Positions 28,319 through 36,822 of a stretch of DNA of 37,721 bases are shown piece after piece. The stretch lies in contig CAITSL010000041.1 of NCBI GenBank assembly GCA_903895055.1, forward strand, positions 1-37,721, in the 5' to 3' direction. The DNA is from an uncultured bacterium (GTDB taxonomy: Bacteria > Patescibacteriota > Minisyncoccia > Phycocordibacterales > UBA9973). Made by a program: the position numbers and the translations under genes. The first letter of the stretch is position 1, and every line of letters starts with the position of its first letter. Below the pieces are notes generated by a model. The model made no database searches. It was not told the origin of the DNA and worked only from the letters and a program-made list of their open reading frames with translations.

Positions 28319-30715
28319 ATGCAATTCAGTGACAAACTTGAAGCAAAATTTCGACTAGACGAGAATCAAAGGAGAGCTTTAAGGAAACTCGGCATTTTTT
28401 CGGTGGCGGATTTGCTCTATCATTTTCCTGTCAGATATTCGGATATCAGTGAAGTAAAACAAATTGCCAATATCATCCCTGGCGAGGTTGCGACAATTTA
28501 TGGAAAAGTTTCAAAATTAAAAACCAAAAAAGGATATCGTTCCAAAATTCCGATGGGCGACCCATTCGATAAAAAACTCAGGGTCGCCCCGAGCGCTTCG
28601 TCGAGGGGCGAAGGTGAGATATCGGATCTTTCCGGAAAAATAAAAATAGTCTGGTTTAATCAAGCCTATTTGGCAAAAATGCTCCATGAGGGAGAAAATG
28701 TAAAACTCACCGGAAAAATAACTCAGGGAAAACAGGGTTTGTATTTGGCCAATCCCGAATTTGAAAAAACCCCAAATATACCGATAGATTCACATGATAC
28801 TTTGTTTTTTAGCAAAGATGGTAAACAAGAAAATGCAGGGTTTTCTTATCCTATCTATCACGAAACTCGAGGTATCACTTCCAAGTGGTTTTATCATGCG
28901 ATTGAAAAAATTTTTAGAGACAAAACTTTGGAGAAGGTGGAAGATTACATCCCAAGTGATATTTTGGAAAAATACAATTTACCGACGCTGAAAACTGCCC
29001 TCATTTGGATTCATAAACCAAAAAATTCTCGGGATGCAGAAAGCGCGCGAAAGCGATTCGCTTTTGAGGAAGTTTTTTGCATTCAACTGGAACGCCAACA
29101 CGATAAAATCGAATACCGTAAAAATAAATCTTTTCAGATACAACCTGAATTTCCTAAAATTTTGAATCCCCGAGGGTCCCACTCCGAAGGAGAAGGGCGC
29201 AGGGGTGAAAAATTAGAGGAAATTCAGGTTGGTCCTGAAGTAAAAAGTTTTCTGGATCGTTTCCCGTTCGAACCAACCAATTCTCAGAAAAAATCTATTG
29301 AAACAATCTTGTCGGATATGGCGAGAAGTTTCCCAATGTCTCGCTTGCTCGAAGGTGATGTCGGCTCCGGCAAAACGGCTGTGGCCGCCACTGCCGCTTA
29401 TATTACAGTAATCCAAGAAAAGCCCCTCGATTCCACTCGGGGCAACCTGCAAATTTCAAAAAATTTGCAGGTTGCTTATATGGCCCCAACGGAAATTTTA
29501 GCTGCTCAACATTTCGAATCTTTCATCCAATATTTCAGACATTTGCCGATCAATATAGGGCTTATCACAGGCTCTGGTTGTAGGAAATTTCCTTCCAAGG
29601 TAAATCCTCTTGGCTGGACCGATATCTCGCGAGCGCAACTTTTAAAATGGACTCTGGGCGGGGAAATTTCTATTTTGATCGGCACTCATGCCTTGATTCA
29701 GAAAACGGTTAAATTTAAAAATCTGGCTTTGGTAGTGATAGACGAACAACACAGATTCGGCACTGCCCAGCGAAGAAAATTGGTCAGGAAAGACGGCATT
29801 GCTCCACATTTGCTTTCCATGACCGCCACTCCGATCCCCCGCACTTTGGCTCTCACTATTTATGGCGACTTGGATTTATCACTTCTCGATGAAATGCCCG
29901 CCGGGCGAAAACAAATCATCACCGAAATAATTACTCCGAACAAAAGGGATGAAACCTATGAAAAAGTCCGCGAAGAATTAAAAAAGGGCAGACAGCTTTA
30001 TGTCATCTGTCCGAGAATAGATGAACCAGATCCGGAAAAGCACCCCTACCCAACCTCCCCCTTAGCTAAGGGGGAGGAGCAAGGAGGGGGTGGATGGAAC
30101 GAGGTTAAAGCAGCAACTGCCGAAGCGAAGCGTTTGAAAAAAGAAATTTTCCGAGAATACGAAATCGGCGTGCTTCATTCAAAGATGTCTAAACAGAAAA
30201 AAGAAGAAGTAATGAAAAATTTTACCGAAGGGAAAATAAATATTTTGTGCGCGACATCTGTCGTAGAAGTTGGGGTCAATGTGCCAAATGCCACGGTGAT
30301 TATTATCGAAGGCGCAGAAAGGTTCGGCCTGGCGCAACTGCACCAACTTCGCGGACGGGTAATTCGAAGCAATGATCAAGCCTATTGCTATGTTTTTGCC
30401 TCCGACTCCGCCAAGGCTTCGCCGGACAAGGATGCTAAAAATAAAACTGTTCAACGACTTAAGGCTCTAATTACAGCCAAAAATGGTTTTGAATTGGCAG
30501 AACTGGACCTGACATTGCGTGGCGCCGGAGAACTTGGTGGTACGAAACAATGGGGCATCACCGACCTTGGGATGGAAGCAATCAAAAATCTGAAAATGGT
30601 CGAAGCTGCCCGGACCGAAGCGGTGCGCCTGATTTCCAAAGACCCCGAACTTTCCAAATATCCCCTTTTGAAACAAAAAGTTCACGAAAAAGCGGGAGAA
30701 TTTCATTTTGAGTAA
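28319..30715 (+). CDS. recG: ATP-dependent DNA helicase RecG, with four short GC-rich insertions
   Basis: 798 aa. Wedge-domain WFNQAYL, helicase motif I GDVGSGKT, MAPTEILAAQH, DEQHRFG, SMTATPIPRT, QLHQLRGRVIR. Confidence 0.92.
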   Translation: MQFSDKLEAKFRLDENQRRALRKLGIFSVADLLYHFPVRYSDISEVKQIANIIPGEVATIYGKVSKLKTKKGYRSKIPMGDPFDKKLRVAPSASSRGEGEISDLSGKIKIVWFNQAYLAKMLHEGENVKLTGKITQGKQGLYLANPEFEKTPNIPIDSHDTLFFSKDGKQENAGFSYPIYHETRGITSKWFYHAIEKIFRDKTLEKVEDYIPSDILEKYNLPTLKTALIWIHKPKNSRDAESARKRFAFEEVFCIQLERQHDKIEYRKNKSFQIQPEFPKILNPRGSHSEGEGRRGEKLEEIQVGPEVKSFLDRFPFEPTNSQKKSIETILSDMARSFPMSRLLEGDVGSGKTAVAATAAYITVIQEKPLDSTRGNLQISKNLQVAYMAPTEILAAQHFESFIQYFRHLPINIGLITGSGCRKFPSKVNPLGWTDISRAQLLKWTLGGEISILIGTHALIQKTVKFKNLALVVIDEQHRFGTAQRRKLVRKDGIAPHLLSMTATPIPRTLALTIYGDLDLSLLDEMPAGRKQIITEIITPNKRDETYEKVREELKKGRQLYVICPRIDEPDPEKHPYPTSPLAKGEEQGGGGWNEVKAATAEAKRLKKEIFREYEIGVLHSKMSKQKKEEVMKNFTEGKINILCATSVVEVGVNVPNATVIIIEGAERFGLAQLHQLRGRVIRSNDQAYCYVFASDSAKASPDKDAKNKTVQRLKALITAKNGFELAELDLTLRGAGELGGTKQWGITDLGMEAIKNLKMVEAARTEAVRLISKDPELSKYPLLKQKVHEKAGEFHFE
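28552..28616. repeat. GC-rich hairpin-forming island inside recG (insert 1)
   Basis: GGCGACCC (28556..28563) pairs with GGGTCGCC (28581..28588), and CGCCCC (28585..28590) with GGGGCG (28605..28610). Encodes DPFDKKLRVAPSASSRGEGE. Confidence 0.6.
29167..29206. repeat. GC-rich hairpin-forming island inside recG (insert 2)
   Basis: CCCCGAGGGTCCCACTCCGAAGGAGAAGGGCGCAGGGG, with an inner CTCC-GAA-GGAG hairpin and outer CCCC/GGGG. Encodes NPRGSHSEGEGRRGE. Confidence 0.55.
29422..29475. repeat. GC hairpin plus perfect 15-bp inverted repeat inside recG (insert 3)
   Basis: GCCCC...GGGGC (29422..29443), then GCAACCTGCAAATTT (29442..29456), loop CAAA, AAATTTGCAGGTTGC (29461..29475). Confidence 0.85.
30040..30097. 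repeat. GC-rich island with a perfect 24-nt palindrome inside recG (insert 4)
   Basis: CCTCCCCCTTAG|CTAAGGGGGAGG at 30054..30077, flanked by CACCCC / GGGGGTG. Encodes HPYPTSPLAKGEEQGGGGW. Confidence 0.85.
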
Positions 30716-30729
30716 AATTTCAGTTTAAT

Positions 30730-31980
30730 TTATTCATACCGCAAGGCGTCAATCGGATTCTTGCGGGCGGCTTGGCGGGCCGGATAGATGCCGAAAGCAA
30801 TACCGGTAATGCCCGAGACCGCGAGCCCCAGAATCACCGCCGAAATAGGAAAAGCAAAAACCCAACCTAGGGTAGTAAAGAAGGTAGAAAGCACCAAATA
30901 TACCAGACCGACAATGCCCGCGCCAATGGTGATGCCAATCACGCCCCCGGCAAAAGTCAGCAAAATTGATTCAATCAGAAATTGTTCCAAGATATCGTTA
31001 TTGGTTGCGCCCACCGCTTTGCGCAATCCGATTTCGCGCGTTCGTTCGGTCACTGCTACCAGCATAATGTTCATAATCCCGATTCCCCCGACAACCAGTG
31101 AGATAGAAGCAATGGCGGCTAAAAAGAGCGTCAAAACAGAAGTAACGGTACCAAGAACAGCCAAGATGTCGGCTTGCGTCAAAATATTAAAATCATCTTT
31201 ATTTGGATCTGTTATTCCATGATTTTGGCGCAAAGTAAATCTTATGCGCGATTCCACAAAACTTATATCATATTTTGGATTCCCTTCTACAAGAACAGTG
31301 CTAAAATAAGAAATTCCAAGCAATTGTTTTTGGGCAACTGAAATTGGTAAAACAATCACATTCCCCTGGTCAACGCCAAAGGCGCCAGTTCCGCCCTTGC
31401 TTAATACCCCCACCACTCGAAAAGAAATATTTTTTAATCGGATTATTTTATCAATAGGATCAAGCGCTGGTCCAAAAAGAGTTTTTGCCAAGTCGGGTCC
31501 AATAACCACTACATGATTAATGGAATCAACATCTTGTTTTGTAAAAGTCGCTCCTTTCCCGACCGTTAAGTTACGGATCGGAAACATATTGGCAGTTACT
31601 CCCTGATAACTAACTATTTTATTATTATTTCCATAGACAACTTCTGCTTGACCGCTAACCAAGGGCGCTGCCGCATCGACAGATGGTTCTCGTTCTAGAG
31701 CATCAATATCTCTTTGTCGTAAACTGGTAATAACTATTCCCTGCTCAGCAGCCGAAGGAGAAAACTTTCCGTTTGAGGGCGTGCCTGGAATAACAATAAT
31801 CAGATTGGAGCCTACACTTTGCACTTGACCCAAAATTAAATCCTGAGCCGATTGCCCGATGGACATAAGAATAATCACCGAAGCAATACCGATCACAATC
31901 CCAAGCATCGTTAAAATAGAACGCATTTTGCTGTGGTTGATACTATGAGTCGCTGTTTTGAAGGCATCTTTAAAAGTCAT
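30730..31980 (-). CDS. ABC transporter permease, MacB/FtsX family
   Basis: 416 aa. N-terminal TM, large extracytoplasmic (MacB_PCD-like) domain and a C-terminal FtsX-type 3-TM bundle. Confidence 0.85.
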   Translation of the reverse strand: MTFKDAFKTATHSINHSKMRSILTMLGIVIGIASVIILMSIGQSAQDLILGQVQSVGSNLIIVIPGTPSNGKFSPSAAEQGIVITSLRQRDIDALEREPSVDAAAPLVSGQAEVVYGNNNKIVSYQGVTANMFPIRNLTVGKGATFTKQDVDSINHVVVIGPDLAKTLFGPALDPIDKIIRLKNISFRVVGVLSKGGTGAFGVDQGNVIVLPISVAQKQLLGISYFSTVLVEGNPKYDISFVESRIRFTLRQNHGITDPNKDDFNILTQADILAVLGTVTSVLTLFLAAIASISLVVGGIGIMNIMLVAVTERTREIGLRKAVGATNNDILEQFLIESILLTFAGGVIGITIGAGIVGLVYLVLSTFFTTLGWVFAFPISAVILGLAVSGITGIAFGIYPARQAARKNPIDALRYE

Positions 31981-31982
31981 AA

Positions 31983-32690
31983 TTATTTCAAATTTCCTTC
32001 CATAAGATGGATCGGAGTAATGGACTGATCGCTTTCCACCCTGCCATCTTTTATTTTAATAATGCGATTGGCAAATTCGGCCGTTTGGGTTTCGTGAGTT
32101 ACTAAGATCACTGTGCGACCTTTCTGGTGTAATGATTCAAGTATTTTCATAACTTGCAAACCGGACTGTGAATCAAGATTGCCCGTCGGTTCATCGGCAA
32201 AAATAACATTCGGGCCGGTGACCAAAGCCCGAGCGATAGCCACTCGTTGTTTTTGGCCACCGGAAAGTCGGGCCGCTTCAGTATGGATTTTCTCTTCGAG
32301 ACCGACTGATTTCACCGCTTCTTCAACCAGACTTTTCCTTTTCGCTGAAGGAATATCGGAATACAAAAGCGGGATTTCCACGTTATCATAAACGGTCAGC
32401 TTAGAAAGTAAATTGAAAGATTGAAAGACAAAGCCCATATCTTTATTCCGAATCCGAGCCAATTCTTGATCAGTCAGATCATCGATACTTTTGTCATAAA
32501 ATTTATAGGATCCACCGGTGGGACGATCCAAAAAACTCAAGATATGGAGCAGGGTTGATTTACCGGAACCGGACGGTCCCATAATGGAAACAAATTCCCC
32601 TTCCTTAATCGAAAAAGTTATGCCCCGCAAGGCTTCGGTTGAAACGTCTTCTTCAAAATATTCTTTTTTTAGATCCTGTAATTCGATCAT
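31983..32690 (-). CDS. ABC transporter ATP-binding protein (MacB/LolD-type)
   Basis: 235 aa. Walker [10 protein letters not shown], signature LSGGQKQR, Walker [13 protein letters not shown]. Confidence 0.9.
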   Translation of the reverse strand: MIELQDLKKEYFEEDVSTEALRGITFSIKEGEFVSIMGPSGSGKSTLLHILSFLDRPTGGSYKFYDKSIDDLTDQELARIRNKDMGFVFQSFNLLSKLTVYDNVEIPLLYSDIPSAKRKSLVEEAVKSVGLEEKIHTEAARLSGGQKQRVAIARALVTGPNVIFADEPTGNLDSQSGLQVMKILESLHQKGRTVILVTHETQTAEFANRIIKIKDGRVESDQSITPIHLMEGNLK

Positions 32691-34123
32691 TGCGTTTTGA
32701 GTCCGATATTGAGAACCTGCTCCCCTTCGGTAACGCCAGAGACAACTTCTACATTCCCTTTTTGATCTGTGATGCCAAGAGTTACCGAATTTTGTTTGAC
32801 CTTATTATTTTCGAGCGTCTCCACAAAGGTGCCTTGATCATTTTGCAAGATAGCATACTGCGGAAGAATCAACACCCCGTCTTTATGTTTTGTCTCGATA
32901 GCAACATTGGCGGTAAGTCCACTTTTTAATCGCGCATCGATTTTATCAAATGAAATTTTGACCAAATAGGTTATCACCCCTTCCCTATTTGTTTCTGCCG
33001 GAGCAACATAAAATACCACTCCAGCGAATGTTTCGTTCGGAAAAGCATCCAGAGTCATCGTGGCCGTATCTCCGAGAACTATTTTCCCGATATCCGTTTC
33101 CGCCACTCCTGCGTCCACTTCATAGCCATCCTTCGACATAATAGAAACAAGAGACATATTTGGAGAGGCCAGCTGTCCCACTTTTGCGTCAAATTGAGTA
33201 ACCGTACCGCTGATTGGGGCAATAATTTGAGCATCTTTTATTTTAGCTGTTACACTATCAACACTTGCTTGCGCTTGCGCAATTTTAGCATCAGCGAGCA
33301 ATGAAGAATCCGCGGTCCCAGCATTTGCTTCTGCGTCGGCAATAGCTTTATCTTGAGTTTTAAGTGCCAGTTGGTAATTATTATTATTTAAGTTATAATT
33401 TATGGCATTTTTATTTGGGATCGTTATATTGAATTCTGCCCCGGCCTGAAGGGTTTTTGTTTTATCGAAAGACAAATAAATTCCACATTTACCGAGAGGT
33501 CTTGGAATATCCGTTAATAAAAAAGCTCCTCCTTCCAGCCCTGAATAAGATAATGAAATTCCACCGGTTGAATTATAAGTTTTTAAATTATAAGAACCTT
33601 CTTGGCTGCAAGTGTATGTTCCGGAAACTGTCGGAGCGTCATAGCCACTATTGTCGCCAACTGCTTCCGCGGAGAGAGAAGAATTTAAGAGAGTATTGTA
33701 AGCATTGGCTACCAGAGTGTTTTGTTCAGCAGTTACGTTTGCAAGATTATTTTTTGAAGTGGATGTATTTTGTTCAGCAATCGTGAGCCCTGCCTGCGCA
33801 TTGTGCAATTGCGCCACCAGATCGCTCATATTCTGTTCTGCTAATACTTGTCCCGCATGCACTTGTTTTCCAAGGCTCGAATAGGTATGGGAAACAATCC
33901 CGCTACTACCAAACGCCAGAGAAACACTTTGCTCGGGCGTGGTATTGCCGGTAACTGAAACCGTTTCAACAATCGAGCCTCGGGTAACTCCTATAAATTG
34001 ATAAGCAGTACCACTATGACGAATAAAAAGAAAATAGACCGCGCCCAAGACAAGCACTACAATAACCCCAATTACAATTTTTGATCGAATTAAATTTCGC
34101 AAAGTAAAAAAAATTGGACGCAT
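32687..34123 (-). CDS. HlyD/MacA-family membrane-fusion (periplasmic adaptor) protein
   Basis: 478 aa. N-terminal TM, lipoyl/beta-barrel-type segments and a long coiled-coil region. Overlaps the ABC ATPase start by 4 nt. Confidence 0.75.
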   Translation of the reverse strand: MRPIFFTLRNLIRSKIVIGVIVVLVLGAVYFLFIRHSGTAYQFIGVTRGSIVETVSVTGNTTPEQSVSLAFGSSGIVSHTYSSLGKQVHAGQVLAEQNMSDLVAQLHNAQAGLTIAEQNTSTSKNNLANVTAEQNTLVANAYNTLLNSSLSAEAVGDNSGYDAPTVSGTYTCSQEGSYNLKTYNSTGGISLSYSGLEGGAFLLTDIPRPLGKCGIYLSFDKTKTLQAGAEFNITIPNKNAINYNLNNNNYQLALKTQDKAIADAEANAGTADSSLLADAKIAQAQASVDSVTAKIKDAQIIAPISGTVTQFDAKVGQLASPNMSLVSIMSKDGYEVDAGVAETDIGKIVLGDTATMTLDAFPNETFAGVVFYVAPAETNREGVITYLVKISFDKIDARLKSGLTANVAIETKHKDGVLILPQYAILQNDQGTFVETLENNKVKQNSVTLGITDQKGNVEVVSGVTEGEQVLNIGLKTQ

Positions 34124-34128
34124 GCCCC

Positions 34129-34137
34129 ATTATCTCA
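34129..34137 (-). promoter_or_regulatory. Extended -10 promoter (TGaGATAAT), 5 nt before ATG 34123
   Basis: Minus strand reads TGA GATAAT GGGGC ATG. Confidence 0.45.
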
Positions 34138-34149
34138 CAAAAAAGACCA

Positions 34150-34194
34150 AAATCAAAGGTTTATGGAAAAGCCGGGGAATTTCATTTTGAATAA
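34150..34194 (+). pseudogene. Displaced relic of the last 14 codons plus stop of recG
   Basis: AAA TCA AAG GTT TAT GGA AAA GCC GGG GAA TTT CAT TTT GAA TAA (KSKVYGKAGEFHFE*). recG 30671..30715 reads AAA CAA AAA GTT CAC GAA AAA GCG GGA GAA TTT CAT TTT GAG TAA (KQKVHEKAGEFHFE*). Identity is 36/45 nt, and the last 27 nt differ only at three synonymous positions. Confidence 0.7.
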
Positions 34195-34195
34195 A

Positions 34196-34732
34196 TTATT
34201 TAATTAATTCCTCAAAAATTTGATTTGTAGTTTCTTCAAGCGTTTGATTACTTGAATCTATTATTTGCCAGTTTAATTCATCTTTTCGTAGCATATACTT
34301 CTCGTGTAACTCTTGAGTTCTTTTGCGAAGCTCTTCATTTATTCCTCTTTTATCAAAACGTTTAAATAAAGCTTCAAGTGTAGGTAAAAGTAAAAATACT
34401 TTTATTTTTCTATCGTGAAAGAAATCCTGAAATTGTTTTAATTGTGTTCTTCCGACAATACAATCAATAATCACATTATAGCCCGATTCAAGAAAATTAT
34501 TTGCCAAGGTACAGGCATTTTGTGCCCTAAGAAATAATTGCTTTTTAACTTCTTCATTCCATGGATATGGTTTGACACGACCCCCAATTATCATTTTGTG
34601 AAGATCATCGGCATTAATCACTGCACTCTTTTCGAATTTTAGAGCCAATGCTTTTGCAACAGAAGACTTGCCAGCTCCCGATGGACCTGTGATTAAACAA
34701 ACTACAAGATTTTTATTATTAATTTTACTCAT
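34196..34732 (-). CDS. P-loop NTPase/kinase-like protein
   Basis: 178 aa. Walker A ITGPSGAGKSSVAKAL. Small nucleotide/antibiotic-kinase-like size; specific family not recognised. Confidence 0.6.
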   Translation of the reverse strand: MSKINNKNLVVCLITGPSGAGKSSVAKALALKFEKSAVINADDLHKMIIGGRVKPYPWNEEVKKQLFLRAQNACTLANNFLESGYNVIIDCIVGRTQLKQFQDFFHDRKIKVFLLLPTLEALFKRFDKRGINEELRKRTQELHEKYMLRKDELNWQIIDSSNQTLEETTNQIFEELIK

Positions 34733-34746
34733 TAAATATTAAAGTG

Positions 34747-34820
34747 TCCGCCCTCTACGATTCGAACGTAGGACCCTCGAGGTATAAGCTCGATGCTCTA
34801 ACCAACTGAGCTAAGGGCGG
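34747..34820 (-). tRNA. tRNA-Ile with anticodon UAU
   Basis: Hand-folded 74 nt. Acceptor CCGCCCT/AGGGCGG, discriminator A, D arm GCTC-AGTTGGTTA-GAGC, anticodon stem TCGAG/CTCGA with loop CTTATAC, T arm CTACG-TTCGAAT-CGTAG. Confidence 0.8.
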
Positions 34821-34849
34821 ATATTTTTATCCTACAAAATTTTACTCTT

Positions 34850-36763
34850 TTAAACAACTTTCTCGATTTCAAGCTTTTTCGGCACTATCCCATGTGCAAT
34901 GATTATTTTCTCATATTCTTCTTGTTCCAGCGTTTCAACTTCTATCAGCTTCTGCGCGATCGCATCCAAGGCTTTTTTGTGTTCCGTCAAAACTTTTTCG
35001 GCTGATTTGATGCCATCATTCATAATTCTGGAAACTTCGGCATCTACTTTAGTCGAAACAGTTTCTGAATATTCTTTTTCAATTTCAGCAAAACCAGGAT
35101 GTCCTCCATTGTCTACCAAAGCTACCGGCCCGATTAAATCGGACATCCCCCACCTGGTTACCATCGCGCGTGCTAAATTGGTGGCAACTTGCAAATCACT
35201 CGACGGTCCGGTAGTAATATCACCGAAAATCATTTTTTCCGCCACGTATCCGCCAAGCGACATAGCAATATCGTCGATAAATTCTTTTTTCGACTGCAAA
35301 CGTCTTTCCTCCAACGGCAATTTCAAAGTATATCCACCAGCATTGCCTCGGGCAATAATAGAAACTTTGTGCACCGGATCGGCATTCGGCAAAACAGAAG
35401 CCACCAACGCATGCCCGGCTTCATGGTAAGCGGTGATCTCTTTTTCTTTTTTGGAAAGCAAATGGCTTTTGCGTTCCGGTCCAAGCATCACTTTTTCAAT
35501 CGCGCGAATCAAGTCGAACTGAAAAACTTTTTTGCGGTTCTCTCGGGCCGCCAAGATCGCACCTTCGTTCATCAGAGAATACAAGTCCGCGCCGGAAAAT
35601 CCAGGAGTGCGTTCCGCAACCAGTTTCAGATTGATATCTTCCGCCAATGGTTTTTTCAAAGCATGAATTTTCAAAATCTCTTCTCGGTCGGCTCGATCCG
35701 GTAAATCCAGAATTACTTTTCGATCAAAACGTCCCGGGCGAATCAGAGCCGGGTCAAGCACGTCAGGTCTATTGGTCGCTGCCATTACGATCACTTTGTC
35801 ATTCGGTTCAAAACCATCCATTTCAACCAGAATCTGATTTAAGGTTTGTTCACGTTCATCGTTACCTCCCCCAAAACCTCCTCCGCGGGTCCGGCCGATC
35901 GCGTCTATCTCATCAATAAAAATAATAGCTGGAGCGGATTTTTTGGCCATTTTAAATAAATCTCGCACGCGTGAGGCTCCAACCCCGACAAACATTTCCA
36001 CAAACTCAGACCCCGAAAGATGAAAAAAAGGCACGCCGGCTTCCCCGGCCACCGCTCTTGCGAGCAAAGTTTTGCCTGTCCCCGGCGCACCGGTTAAAAT
36101 CACCCCTTTCGGAATGCGAGCACCAATATCCAAAAACTTTTTGGGACTTTTCAGAAAATCCACAATTTCTTTTAATTCTTCTTTCGCCTCGCGACATCCA
36201 GCCACATCTTTGAAAGTCACTTTATTATTTTTGTCATTCGGGTCGGTAATCCTGGCTTTCGATTGTCCAAAAGTAAACGCTTGCATCCCAGCGCCTTTCA
36301 CTTGCCGAGACAAATACCAAAAGAAAATTATGATGAACAAAATCGGCAGAGCGAAAGGCAAAATATTTGCCATCCAATAACCAAAACTATTAGGATCTTT
36401 GATAGTGATCACCGTCTTCCCTAAGGCATCGGGCTTTACTCCATAATTGAATAAGGTTTGAGAAAGAGAAGATTCTGTTTCTTTTTTAGAACTTTTAATA
36501 TCGCCGTTAGTGTAAGAGATGGTAAGATCCTCTCCTTCCACCATAATATTTTTCACCGTTCCGTCCGAGACATTTTGGGCCAAATCGGAAATTGAAATTT
36601 GAGGGACAGTTTTTTGATTGGTTCCAGAAACTGCCAAATAGACAGCCGTAATCAACATAAAAATCAAAAGAGCGCCCAGAATACTGCCGGAAAATTTACT
36701 TTCCTTTTTGCCCTTTTTGCCTTTGTTTTGCGGATCTTTTTTGTTTAAAAAGTTGAAATCCAT
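34850..36763 (-). CDS. ftsH: ATP-dependent zinc metalloprotease FtsH
   Basis: Two N-terminal TM helices, AAA+ Walker [15 protein letters not shown] region, HEAGHA zinc motif. Start set at ATG 36763 (MDFNFLNKK) because TGcTATATT lies 6 nt upstream; the track ORF extends to 36808. Confidence 0.93.
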   Translation of the reverse strand: MDFNFLNKKDPQNKGKKGKKESKFSGSILGALLIFMLITAVYLAVSGTNQKTVPQISISDLAQNVSDGTVKNIMVEGEDLTISYTNGDIKSSKKETESSLSQTLFNYGVKPDALGKTVITIKDPNSFGYWMANILPFALPILFIIIFFWYLSRQVKGAGMQAFTFGQSKARITDPNDKNNKVTFKDVAGCREAKEELKEIVDFLKSPKKFLDIGARIPKGVILTGAPGTGKTLLARAVAGEAGVPFFHLSGSEFVEMFVGVGASRVRDLFKMAKKSAPAIIFIDEIDAIGRTRGGGFGGGNDEREQTLNQILVEMDGFEPNDKVIVMAATNRPDVLDPALIRPGRFDRKVILDLPDRADREEILKIHALKKPLAEDINLKLVAERTPGFSGADLYSLMNEGAILAARENRKKVFQFDLIRAIEKVMLGPERKSHLLSKKEKEITAYHEAGHALVASVLPNADPVHKVSIIARGNAGGYTLKLPLEERRLQSKKEFIDDIAMSLGGYVAEKMIFGDITTGPSSDLQVATNLARAMVTRWGMSDLIGPVALVDNGGHPGFAEIEKEYSETVSTKVDAEVSRIMNDGIKSAEKVLTEHKKALDAIAQKLIEVETLEQEEYEKIIIAHGIVPKKLEIEKVV

Positions 36764-36769
36764 TTTGTA

Positions 36770-36778
36770 AATATAGCA
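36770..36778 (-). promoter_or_regulatory. Extended -10 promoter (TGcTATATT), 6 nt before ftsH ATG 36763
   Basis: Minus strand reads TGC TATATT TACAAA ATG. Confidence 0.55.
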
Positions 36779-36822
36779 TAAAAAAGATGAAAGGTTAATG
36801 ACTAACATGGTATACTTAATTT

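Noticed and set aside
30716-34149. Calling the ABC cassette a bona fide mobile element, or a defence or toxin system.
   Set aside because: It has no integrase, transposase, terminal inverted repeats or defence-type domains. Only the duplicated recG terminus and the composition shift support past insertion, so it is reported as an insertion scar only.
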